64,000 nucleotides of DNA, taken from positions 558,001 to 622,000 of the forward strand of contig JALMLS010000466.1 of NCBI GenBank assembly GCA_038496445.1, in the 5' to 3' direction. The notes below the pieces were generated by a model. That model saw only the letters and a list, made by a program, of their open reading frames with translations, did not search any database and was not told the origin of the DNA. Below, one piece after another: positions 52,085 to 64,000 of this stretch. The DNA is from Trichosphaerium sp. ATCC 40318 (taxonomy: Eukaryota > Protista > Tubulinea). The translations under genes were made by a program, and so were the position numbers. Every line of letters starts with the position of its first letter. Within the stretch, counting starts at the first letter, position 1.

Positions 52085-54005
52085 ATGAGTAGTGATTGTA
52101 GATCCGATTCTACTACTCCGGCGCTTTTTAGGCGCGTTGGAGATTTTATAGTTACGCATGCTGGAGAAGCGTACTACAAGGTTACAATACGTTTTTTACG
52201 TTATTCTCATACGTTTTAGGCATGGAGAGAGCATTATAAGGTTAATTTGTTACTTAACAATGTAATTGGCCCTCCCGTCGATTTTATGACTCTACTATTA
52301 CCAGAGCTGGTAGATATGGTGTTTATGTACCTTTCAAACAAAACAAAGAACAATTGTTCATTGGGTACGTATAACATGCGCCAATAGCTCAAAAAAAGCG
52401 TTGGCAAGCTAGGTTAAGAACAACCTGTTTTTGTAAACACAGAAAATAGAAATTATTTATTTTTCTCTTAAACCCAGACTAACGTCTTCTGTTTTGTGAT
52501 TAGTTTGCAAAAAATGGAATAACAAGCGATTAATTTCACAAAAATACGCTTGTGTCAGTAATAGCGCTTTTGATTCTGGATGGATTTGGCGTCTAGTTAA
52601 CCTGACTCATCTCATAGTTGTTCCACCTATGTCAAGATCTAATATAGAATCATTGACGAGGTTAAAAAAGCTCAAAGATGTTGATTGTTCGGAGTAAGAC
52701 GAGATCAACTAGTATTTGAAATAGGTTTTTAATTTACTGATCTTTAGACTGGATGACGACAACCTTCTCCTTGAAGAGTTAGCATCCCCGGTACAATTTA
52801 CATTTGGTCATACAATTTTGACCCTGAATGAAGCGACTATTGACAACATTGTCCGTACGGTAAGCACGAGTTATTGAACTTTAAACTTTTTTTTTACTTT
52901 GATGGAATATTTGGTTTTTTTTTTTCATCGCTCTTATGTTCTTCAAGGTACCTTTTTTACGGTCTTGTAAGATAAATTCACCCACCAGAAATCTACAAAG
53001 AAATATTACAAGGTTGAAAAATTTACAGGAGGTCGTATTTGATCTAAAAGAAGGAGATGATTTGGATATTTCTTGTGATATTCTAACAACTCTAACAAAC
53101 CTTCGAAAAATAGACGTTTCAAGCTGCATAAACAATATGGCACCAGAGATTCTTAATGCTATACATGATAAAGGACTTATTTTTAAAGATGTTACACAAT
53201 ACTCACTTCATACAGTTGACTCAGACTCTATTGAATCAGTGGCTTTCTCATTTCCGAATTTAACAAGAATTGGTTCTCTTGACATAACCTACTTTACAGA
53301 AGAAAACTTTGAGAAACTAGATAGCCTATCTAAATTGAATACTGTAGTTATGTTTTCAGAGCTATCAGTAGAACAATTAAGTCTATTCTTAAAATCAGAA
53401 ACATCAAAAAGATTGATTGCTTTTTCGTATTTATGTATTATTATCAACAGTCCAGAATTTGTAAAGACTATCATCAAAAGTATGCCTTCTCTACAATGTC
53501 TCTCATGTGGTACTGTTACATTCAATATTGATGAACTTCACACGGAATATGTCAGTACGTATCCTTACAAAACAAAATAATCACGTGTAGTTTTTTTCTC
53601 GTTTTTTTCTTAATCATGGAGTTATCTTCTTTTTTAATAGATGCTTTTCTTCAGTCTGTTGGTCAGTTGACTCAATTACAGACGCTCAGGATAAGCTTTG
53701 ATAATGTTGAAGATACAGTAGCACTCACTGATGAGTGTTTTGATAACTTACCATTATCATTACGTAGTCTGGCTATCTGTGGCCATGCAGCGATTCCGTC
53801 ATATGATTTTTACAGACTTACTAATTTGGAAAGTTTAACTTTGGATTGCAGAGCAATTAAGACATTGCCATCGTTTTTAGATGCTCTCATGAATACACCA
53901 AAACTTTCACAAGTCACAGTTTATTCTTTTTCCAGTGGCAAGAACGCTGTGTTCGCTGAGCAAGCACTAGATGATTTAGTATCAACGTTTGGCATGGCGA
54001 ATTAG
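52085..54005 (+). CDS. F-box/LRR protein
   Basis: LLPELVDMVFMYLSNKTKNNCSLVCKKWN F-box, then LxxLxxLxL repeats. Confidence 0.85.
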
Positions 54006-54382
54006 AGCAAAGAAAAAAATGTATGTACTTGTAATTAATTGGATAAACAATATACCACCTCTAAAGTCAGTACCTTAGTGACTAATTAAACGCAACATGT
54101 TTCCATAACAACTTTATATGCGAGTGTACAGAGGAAATATAATTATCCCGTTATGAATTTCCAAAGCTAATTATAGGCAATTGAACTGAGATGCGACAAG
54201 GCCATTAAATAGACCCATATCGATTGTTGTCAATAAGCCGCTTTATACACATCATTGCATTAAGGCTGGTTGTTTGTTTGCTAGGCGGTGCTTCACACAA
54301 AACTAGTTCGTTCATAGTAATCCAGTTATTATTATTACACAGTGTTTTCAAAAAAATTTTGAGTTTTTATAATTCTTATTGA

Positions 54383-55893
54383 TCAAGGCACAGCACTTAT
54401 CCAATAAAGAAGACTTGTAACTTCTGTAATATCAATATCAAAATCAGGTGCTTCATTTGTATAAAGAAAATACAACAAAAAGTCAAAAGACCTGTTTGAG
54501 AAAAAGTTTGACAGTTGTAGATTATTTTCCTTTAGTCCTAGTAAACTAGGACATCTTTGTTGTATTATTATTCTATGTATACTAAAATCTCTTCCTTCAA
54601 TAACCCAAAAACTATCAGCTAAAAATTGTGTGTTGTATAACTCCAATAAATCCGCAGATAATGAAGTCAGGTTGTTCTTAACCGCTTCCTCAACCTTGTT
54701 TATATAAAAAGGTGTCACCAGATTCGCCCTAACAGTTTTGTAAGTACGCACACGTGCAAAGTTGCTGGCATTACAGTACTGCGTTTGTTTGCGTTAAGCT
54801 TACCTTAAGTTCAGTTCTGCCAATGTGTAATTTGTTCGAAGCATCTGCAATAACCGTACAGCACCATTGTCTGATACGTTATTATTTTGTAAATGTAAGC
54901 AAGATAATGTCCTATTCTTCACCAACGCACTATTATTTTTGTAAGGAAAAGAAGCATAACGCCAGTGATTTGCCAGCAATTAAAGAAATGGCTAAAAGTT
55001 CGGAAAGGAAAAGGCGTACTCAGCAAAGTACTCAGCAGACAGATCAGTTAATGAATTAATACCCATTATTAGATGTTGTAATGTATTATTGCGTTCTAAA
55101 GCTTTAGCAATATGCCTACAACCCTCATCGCCTAAATCGGTAAGTCCTTAATTCACGAAAAAAATCCAAAAAAAATATATCCAAACAATTCCAATTTCAA
55201 CTAACTACCACGTACGTATTCCATTTGCGTACAAGTACAACGTTTTCAGACTTTTATTAACTATCAAAGCCTCGCTAATGCGACAAGCGTTAAATAATCA
55301 ACAGTGAGGAACAAAGAAAATAAGAAACAGGTAATACAAAATAGGTTATTTTCTTGCGTCGTTTCGCCACATTGGCGGTTTAAAAAAGGCGCTTTAGTTT
55401 CCCAAAACCGACAAAGATAACACGTACCTTATATGCTTGGCGCCCTCAGGGCCTAGCTCATTACCATAAAGGTCTAGTGATGTCAAGTTGTGATATGTTT
55501 TCAATACTTCTGCAATCGCTTTAGTACCCTTCGGACCTGAGTAATATTTTGTTAACAAGCGAAATTATTACGTTTTATTCCAGTGTACCGATACTATTCG
55601 ATCCAAGATCAAGCGTTGTAATTGTAGTGTTCACACTAAGCATATTTGCAACGGCTCTAGCGCCTAATGCTCTAAAGCCATTATTATCTAAGTAAAATGT
55701 TACTTTTGGTCCAATTACACTTTTATAATTCATCGTAATTACCTAGGAGTACTACAGTATGAATTTTATCGCTCTGGAGGCGTTCTGCTACTTTTGTCAC
55801 TCCTTTGTTCTTTAAACCGTGTCTTGATAGTCTAAACGTTTTTTCGGTTGTTTCTACAGCATCACCCTTTGCTTTCTCTGGTACTGGTTCCAT
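54383..55893 (-). CDS. RNI-like LRR + BTB/POZ protein, 3' end disrupted
   Basis: NTTITTLDLGSN, LTSLDLYGNELGPEG LRRs; FSIHRIIIQQRCP..FDFLLYFLYT BTB. Confidence 0.8.
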
Positions 55894-56199
55894 TTATTAC
55901 CGCGCTAACTATAGAAATCCACCTTTTAATGTTGCATGATAATACTATGTAGCCAATGACCAATTTAGAGACTAAAAAAAGTCCAAACAAACAGTCAACA
56001 GTTGTAACTCGACGAATTTACTTTTTTTGGCCGTTCACCGTTTTAACATAAACCATAATCACGTGTTCTACCTTTGCGCACTACGTATGAGCGTACAGGA
56101 GCCATTGGCAGCATGTGGAACAAGGTTCTACTTTGGTGGTACGGGCAAAGTTAAAAAGTCAAATGTAGTTGCTAACGCAATCAAACCAGTTATTGCAAC

Positions 56200-56519
56200 A
56201 TGAAAGGCAACGCACTGTACGCTTGGCACGTCCAAAACTCGATTTATTTACCATTTTGTAGTTCTGTAGTTTCTTTAGCATCATTAGGGGCTGTGCTAGC
56301 GCAATTAGAGGTAATAAATAGTTTTAAAAGGTACACCCGCTTATGCGAGTAGGATGGCGCCATAACTACCCCTCAAATCGGAGGAATAAGTGCGTCATAG
56401 GTTATTTTGCACTATTACGCTAACACTCTGCAGTGGTGGCCATTGTGGTTATAGTAGGGTTGGTAATTATAATAGCCTACATGCTTGTTAAAAGATACGT
56501 ACTGGATAGACGACGCTAG
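56200..56519 (+). CDS. Predicted 50-aa spliced membrane microprotein
   Basis: Five micro-exons join to MKGNALSVVSLASLGAVLAQLEDGAITTPQIGGIMVAIVVIVGYVLDRRR*. Confidence 0.6.
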
Positions 56520-56699
56520 AAGACTGCGCCCGAAAGCCCATGTAATTGTATAAAATTAGTTTAAACGTTATTTGTCTCATTGACTTAGAAGCCACTAATT
56601 TTTCCCACGTGGCTGTTTGCACCAACTACACTGACAGCTGTCGTGTTTTGGGCAAGAAATTAGTTGACGTTGAGTTTGTTTTTCAGGTATTTAGTTTAC

Positions 56700-57807
56700 A
56701 TGTCACGGAATAGTGGCCGCTACGGTGACAGAAGTAGATACGGTGGTGGTGGGAACAGAGGCGACAACAGACATCGACACAATGAGGTGTGGCTATTTAA
56801 TTTCTGTTTTTTTGTAATTTTGGTGTAGGAAGAGAGACGTAAGAGTAGAGACGAATGGATACAACGGTATTATTAATTAATGAATGTTATTCTGTTTAAA
56901 CTTATACCGGCCAGACGTGTCGCCAAGAGGAACAATGCGCGTAATAACCCAATATGGGAACGTTCTAGGTCCCCGCCGCTCCAATTAATACAAGACCTAC
57001 TTGCTGAAACGCCAAAGAAACGGCAAAGAGAAGAAACTAGTGTAGACAAGTCCCCAGAGCGTAGTACGTACCAAACTGTGCAATTTACCGGATTTAACGG
57101 ACCGAGCAGAACGACGCAGAAAGGATAAGCGAGAACATAGAAGCAGCGATCGCAGACATGGCAGCGATCGTAAACATAGTAGTAGAAAGCACAAAGACAA
57201 ACACAGATCCCATCGCAGAAGAGATAAAGATAAACGAGACAAAAGAGATAAAAGAAAGCGTGAAAAGCGTCCAACATCATCTGATGAATCAGCGCCTACA
57301 ATTTTACCACAGTTTCAAGTACGCAGATTTTATACAAACTTTTATTTTGACACTTGACACAATGTCAATGACGCAATTTTGTTAAACAAACAAAAAATAC
57401 TTTGTACTGGCGTTTTGCGCCATTATTAATTGCTGATAGGAGCTTCCAAAAGAAGATAAAAAAGATCTCGTTGTTGGTCCTACATTTGGGGAAGAAACTG
57501 ATAACGTAGAGTACGTGCAATTTGTCTCAGCAAGAAAGCTTTTTTTTTTTTGTAATTTTTTTTTCCTTCTAGTTTTGGAGCTTTATTGAGAGGAGATGGA
57601 AATCAGTTAAGAATAGCGCTCGATAGTACGGGACTGTCACGACCAGAGTTAGTGAAGACAATAACAGCGCTGAAAGACAAACATTTTGCAGTGAACCAAG
57701 AAGGCCAAAGGGCTCTAGAGTTGCTTAGAATATACGCAGAGCGTGCGTCTAAGGAAATAAAGGTAGTACAAGAGCTGCGTAAGTTATTGCCAGGCGCTGA
57801 AGACTGA
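56700..57807 (+). CDS. Divergent NKAP-like RS/RD-rich nuclear protein
   Basis: R/D/S-rich N-terminus, WERSRSPP, basic tract, VGP..FGALLRGDG..GLSRPEL..QRALELL..ERASKEIKVVQELRKLL. Confidence 0.55.
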
Positions 57808-58189
57808 ACAAGAACTCTTAAGCCAAAAGCTCCAAAAAAAGTCTGTAGTACTTTTAATGTTATTGTTTGTGACAGTACTGATACTACATTAATAAATATT
57901 GTACCATAATACCCAAATAGTATCGTAATATTGCTTTAAACTGATTTTTCATAATTTTTCCGAAACAATAAGTTAGCCTTACTTATTGACTAAAGTCGGC
58001 TATCTTTGAGCAACAGTAGACCTTACACTACCTATAAAGAGTCAGCTACGGTTGGTACGTAAAAAACTGGCCGCCAAATTATAAACAGTGACATTAAAAA
58101 ACAAAATACAACCACTACGCGTATTTTAAAGGCTTAGAGCGCCGGTTCATCAAAACGGGTATTTTAATCGTTGCAGGTTTAAGCAAGTA

Positions 58190-61100
58190 ATGGCCAGAGT
58201 ATTACGTCGCCGTTATTCGAGTGCAGCTGGCTTTGGGCATTTAGTTCAAGCGCCAGACGCCGAATTGAAAGGATGGGTCAGAACACAGCGAAATGTACGT
58301 ATTTATTGTCTGAGGCTAATATACGCTAGTATGGAATGCCTAAACGCTTTTTTCCGCTTTCTATACTAAAACCTTATCTAACCGCTACAAAGGCGTTCAA
58401 AGGATACTGCAACTATCATTTAGAACCAATTGGCAAAAAAATAAACAAACTCGAAGAAGATATGGCTGACGGTGTCACTTTGCTCTATTTGATAGAGACA
58501 ATAACAGGAGATAAAGTAAATGGATGGAAGAAGCATCCAAACGAATTTCAGAAGACGCTGAATCTCAATCAAGTCCGTTTTCTCAGTTTTTGTTTTTTTT
58601 TGATTTTTGAATTCTCCGCCTCTTTTTTTTCAAGTTCCTGTTATGTGCATATTTCGTAGTGTTTTCGCATGTGTTTTGCGTTGGAATGTTGTTTCACGTT
58701 CAAAAATTTCCATGCTCTGAGAATTATTCTGACATGCTTCATAGGCTTTAAAATTCATACAAGGAAGAGGTATACGCATAGATAATATTGGTGCTTCAGG
58801 TAAAATCAACTTTGAGGATTGTTAAAGGGAGTTCTCAGTTTCTGACGATTTTTTTTGGTTTAGATATTGCTCAGCAAGACAGAAAACTTTGTCTTGGTCT
58901 TCTATGGAGACTTATTGTACATTTTCATATGCAAGCTTTTAGCAAAATAGAGCTCTTAGAGTACGCTAGAAACAAAATAAACAACGTGACTTACAATAGT
59001 TTTCTAGGTGGGTGAGGTCTAGAGTTAAGAATTATGGCGTTGAACCAAAGGATTGGACTAAAAGGTATTGTTGATTTGTTAGATATAAGGTTTGTTCTTA
59101 CATACTGGATATAGTTGGGTTGATGCAAAAGCATTATGGTGCTTAACGGATAGTTTGCAACCTGGGATTTTAGGAGGGTTAGAAAAAATGTCTGTAAGTG
59201 ACACAAACCTTTTATTCCCTTTCCTCTCGTATGGTACCTAAAGTAATACAATTAGGGTGACCCATGTTTGGATGCACGTACAGCAATGGCTGTTGCAGAG
59301 AAGAATTACGAAATTCCTATTATTATAGAAGCAAAGTCCCTCGTAGAGGTATGTGAATATTGTTTAAACATTCTTCTTTTTTTTTTGAATGTTTGTTGTT
59401 TTAATTTTTTTATTCGTTTAGGAACCTGATGATTTAGCTATTTCTACGTATATTACATTCTTTAAACATTTTATAACGAATCCAGAAATGTTAAGAAAGC
59501 TTATAAGACGTGCTAATTCACGTAAGTGTCAAAGAAAGAGAAAACAATTTTTTTGTTCTGACTTTTTATGGCTTCTGATGTTTATTTTTTTTATTTTAGC
59601 TATGCGGTTACGAGGGTCTTCAAAGCTTGCTAGATCAACTTCATTAAGAACTTTTGTAAAAAGACCTTCTTTTGTAGATAAAAGAGATTTTGCACAAAAG
59701 TGGGGCTCTACGTCTCCTACTAAAGGTGTACCTGTAGATATTAAACACCTTTCTTCGGTTGATGAATTTGGTACGAAATTCCACTCTTTTGACGCTTTTG
59801 GGACACGTTTGTTTTAGTTTATTAACAAGTTTCGCTTCGCTCTTAGCTTCAAATAAATCCTGAAGGCTTTTGTCTTTTGTGTGCCGGTATTAATGTTTTT
59901 TGTAGAAATCGATAGTCAACCTAAAAGTGGCGATTTTGGTGATATTATTCTAGCTAGAAACAAGAGCGGAAGGTTTTTAACTAATAGTAATAGCAATAAT
60001 TCATTAGAGGTACACAAGCAACCCGTCAAGTGGCAAAAAGCACGTTAATTCCACCCTAAAGTCTACGGGTTTTTTTGGATGTATTATAGTGCTTGCTAGT
60101 GGCTTTTCTTTGCGTTGATGTGTCTCATTTGCTAGGCATTCACTTACCCTTTTTTTAGCTTAATGACTCTCATTCTCTTAGAAGGAGAGGCTTTGATAGT
60201 GATACATCAGATACAGAACCAGAAGAGCTTGATTCTAGTACATCTAGACGTAGACGTCTTTTTAGTAGTTCACCTCTGAGGAACAAACGTATTAGTAGAA
60301 GTGGATCACGTAGTTCTCTTGCCCCAGATAGTATTGCTCAGCAAGATATATACAAACAGAAAATTGAAGAACTACAAGATACTTTATCTAGAAAGACTGA
60401 AGAGGAAGCAAATCTACAACGTGCTTTACGTTCTCTTACAGAGAGTTTTAATTCTGTGAAAACAAAGGAGTTCGGTACGTTATTAAAGTCTCCCTGTCTT
60501 CACCAATTTTACTGTCATTGCATTCATGTTAAACAACACTCTTTGTCTGGTTATAGCTTCTCAAAATTGCTTTATTTGTATAGAAGTAGTTACACTAAAG
60601 CTCCTTTTGATAAGCAAGAACCGGCCATAGCTATAACTGGTGACAATGACTGTTGTTTAATGTGATCTGCTATTCAGTAATTTTTGATTTTTTTTTCTCG
60701 TCTAAAAACTAACTTGTCTGTTTTTGTTTTAGACCTTGAAGATTTAGTAAATTCTGTAAATAGTACAAACGAAGAGCTTCGTAGTACTTTAGAAGATAGA
60801 GAACGTGATATTGAGGATATGAAGAGGAATAACCTCAGGCTATCTACTAGCGTACAGCTTAAAGATGCTGATTTACTTGCTACAAGAACAGAGCTGGCTC
60901 TTGTTTGTCAAGGAAAGGAAAATTGGGAAGTTGCACGTAATTCTAGTATGGCATTAGAACAAGAGCTTGAGCTTATAAAATCTGACTTTGAGCATGTCCA
61001 ATCTGCTCTTGAGAGTTCTAAGCAACGATATAAAGAGCTTCAAGAAGCGTCAGCTTCGAAGACTCAAAGAACTGAGCAGGTTTTTGAAGCTATGAAACAA

Positions 61101-63007
61101 GCGAGTGCACAGCTTGAAAGCCTTCAAACTGCTAATACACAGCTTCAAGCTATGTTAAGAGGAAGGGATCAAGAGATTCTAACGACACGGAAGAGTAACA
61201 AAGAGCTTGAAGCTGTTCTTTTAGACAGAGATGCTACTTTAAATCTTACTGATAAGCGTTTAAATGAAAGAGAATCAGAGGTTCAGAAACTTAAGTCTAC
61301 AGCTGATAGTGCAAACAGGGATTTGAAACTAATGAGACAAAAGTGTGCTAATGTATATGAGGAGTTGCGATTCACAAATGATCAGGTACGATAACACAAA
61401 ATGTTTGTTTTGAAAATCAAGAAAAGGAAAACCAAAAACGGAAAAAAGTAGGATCCGTGACGGACATGGAGCTTTTAAAAACTTTAATTTGTATTCAAGA
61501 AACCTTTCAAAATATCGCGTGTCTCTTGCACGGGCGGCGTCCCTTTTTTTTACCTTTCGTTAAACGTTTAGAAAAGAGTCTGACTTACGTGTTTTTATTT
61601 ATGTTATTTTCATTGAAGTTAACTTTGTTTTAGCTTGAGAATGCTAAGTCTTATGAACGTGAAATTGGTTTACTTAAAACACAGTTTGACTATCTTACAA
61701 AAGAAAATGAAGAGAAGGATAGACATATAAGGTCATTACAAGAAGATATTGAGACACTTAAACTTGAAAACCTTGGACTTTGTGAGATTGATGATAAAAA
61801 TCAACATAAACTTGATAGGCAAACAGATTATGTTTCAAAAATAGAAGACCTTGAAGCACAGCTTGCTGAGCTTACAGAGTATCACATTGTACGTCATTTA
61901 TTTGTCTGTCAGACTTTCTTGTTGAACAAACAAAAAAAAACATACAAAAAATCTTTGCACGCTTGCGCTTGTTGAGCTTTTTGTGGCCCTGCGGACTTTA
62001 AAATTCTTTTATACAGTTTTATAAAATTTTGTTGCTGCACCATGTTCGTGGTATTTTGTTGACTTGGTTTCTTTTAGTCGCTAGAAGAGCAAAATGCAAA
62101 GTTATTAAGAGAAAAAAAACAAAAGAAAAAAAGTCAAGATATAAGTCAATTCGTTCTTGAAAATCATACTCTCACAGAGCGACTACGGGTGCGTTTATAT
62201 AAATACCAACCCGATAGGGTCTTGCTTGATATTAATAGTATCTATGTCAAGTACATAGGCAAAGACCCAAAGCCCTAGTTGTTCGAATTGTGGTTTTACG
62301 TTTTTTACTTACTGTTGCTTTCTTTAGAGTGCTTATACACATATACGACAGCTGGAGAAGACTCAATTACAGTTTGAAAAGGAGAAGCGTATGTATAATG
62401 TACAACGTAATTCTTTAAGTAAATACGAAATGCAATATACACGAGAGCTTAAAAAACGCGAAGAATTACAAAATCTTGTTGCTAAGCTTGCCATACGTCC
62501 TCATCGTCAAGTACGTCTCAGAAACAAACAACTACTTTTTTTGTATATTTTCATTACGGCATGCTTTGTTTTTACATGAATTGCAAGAGTTGTATCTGCC
62601 AAGTCATCCAAGAAAGTTTTTTTTTTTCCAAGTTTTTTTTTGACATGGTTTTTTTTTCAGAGACGACCTGAAGAGTTTGGGGAATTAGAAATTTCAATGT
62701 TTCAACTTGAACTTGAAGCAAAACGTGTTTTAGCTGCAGCTAAAAAGAATATGTATAAGAATGAGGATTCGTACGTGGTTGCAAGGAGCATCTTTGTCAA
62801 AAAAACCAAACTTTTCGTGCACATGTTTTTGTTTTAAATTATCACGTGATACTCACGTGATTTTAATTTAGATGGTATGGTATGGCACCAGCTATTTTCG
62901 GTGGTTTCGCTTCTGGTTGTATTCTTGTTATGACACTGACATACAGTAACCTTCTTCTTGCACTTTTTCTTGCACTTGGATTTTTGGTTGCTGCGTTCGC
63001 TCTGTAA
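58190..63007 (+). CDS. Actinin-type tandem CH actin-binding domain + long coiled coil + C-terminal membrane anchor (interaptin/nesprin-like)
   Basis: WVRTQRNAFKGYCNYHL, DMADGVTLLYLIE, NIGASDI..LGLLWRLI, EPDDLAISTYI; heptad-rich rod; hydrophobic C-terminal tail. Confidence 0.85.
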
Positions 63008-63451
63008 AAATAGTTAAAGGAGGAATTTTTCACTTTTTTCTTTTTTCGTCACTTGGAAAGAAGTATTTTGGTTAAGATGTACAGCAAATTGTAACATAAA
63101 TTAATAAAAAAATTATAGTTAAAAGTCATTGGCGGCCATTCTCACTGCAAACGTTTGCCAAACCTCAACCGGATTTAGCCTTTTGTAGGTTATAAAATGT
63201 GATGTTAGCTACCACATTATTGCAGGCTAAATATACAGCTAGCGAAAGTTGTTTTACAAAGGAGAAATTGTTAAGCTTTGGATGAAAGTGTCAAACGTCG
63301 TTTTGGATTAAAAGTCAAGCGAGTTCACAACCAATTATACATTCTTCATTAATACATAGCACTGTTACGTTCTGTACTAGTTGCTGTCGATTTGCTGCGC
63401 ATACAAACGCGTCTGGAAGAGCAAAACCTTATTATACCATTCTCTGGTATA

Positions 63452-64000
63452 ATGGAAACTAGGCAAGCCCATAAACGGTACGGTGATTAAGGCAGGTGTA
63501 CTGTTGATATTCTAAAGCCTCTGTAGTATTGAGAAACCAAATCTAGCTTGCTTGCTCCTCTCATTGCCTCTAGAGATACAACACTTTATTTTTCAATCAT
63601 CTCCGGCAGTTTTTAGAGTTTGGCCTTGTTTAAACCGTCAAGCAGCAACTACTTCTCGCTTTGACTCTAATCTCAATAGAAATGGACTATTCAAGTTATG
63701 GTATAAGAATAACAAAATAAAAGAGCAAGTGAGATACACCCATGGTATTAAAGATGGTAAATATGAACAATGGTATAGAAATGGAAACCCAAAGTTATTG
63801 GCTTTCTACAAGGACGGATTACTTGAAGGAGACTACAAGGAATGGCAAAAGAGTCCAAGAAATCAACTTAGTAAAGAGTGGTGTTATACAAGAGGTAAAA
63901 GAGAAGGAATACAAAGAACATGGAGACCAAGACTTGATATGGTAACAATTACTATGTATATAAATGACATAAAATTTGGGAAAGAAGAGTGTTTTATTGA
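63452..64000 (+). CDS. F-box-like + MORN-variant (YwqK-type) repeat protein, 3'-truncated
   Basis: LLSLPLEIQHFIF..; NGLFKLWYKNNKIKEQVRYTHGIKDGKYEQWYRNGNPK..YKDGLLEGDYKEW; one 5' intron; frame absent from the ORF track. Confidence 0.8.

Noticed and set aside
54090-54383. BACK-like continuation after the BTB domain
   Set aside because: Out of frame with several stops; ordinary 3' decay or sequencing error
1-64000. Alternative genetic code
   Set aside because: Conserved genes end at TAA, TAG or TGA, and internal stops are explained by introns; only isolated exceptions were seen
1-64000. CRISPR array, rRNA, autonomous transposon
   Set aside because: No repeat-spacer array, rRNA signature, transposase or reverse-transcriptase motif recognised

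Overview
Gene-dense, AT-rich (~35% GC by eye) eukaryotic nuclear DNA with many short GT-AG introns, often with GTACG donors, and the standard genetic code. It is probably from a free-living phagotrophic protist; amoebozoan-like is an inference. I reconstructed about 30 genes by hand-splicing. They include TAM41, a secreted lactonase, a modular bacteriolytic protein (M15-like/peptidoglycan-binding/Cys-rich/GH24), a bacterial-type methyltransferase, two Zn2Cys6 transcription factors, BAR-RhoGAP, APC10, a Crinkler-like REase+kinase, ARH1, villin, CENP-Q-like, NKAP-like, an interaptin-like protein and F-box+MORN, plus one tRNA-Ala(TGC). Main candidates for novelty: (1) a family of tRNA-Ala-derived palindromic elements with a conserved 31-nt loop and tail; (2) a perfect 169-bp fold-back of the tRNA gene inside a symmetric CpG-free zone; (3) a large predicted mitochondrial protein ending in a Cox1 C-terminus-like (Cox1-c) motif; (4) strong, often intronic, CACGTG enrichment. 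All family calls rest on motif recognition only; no database searches were run, and exon boundaries are approximate.
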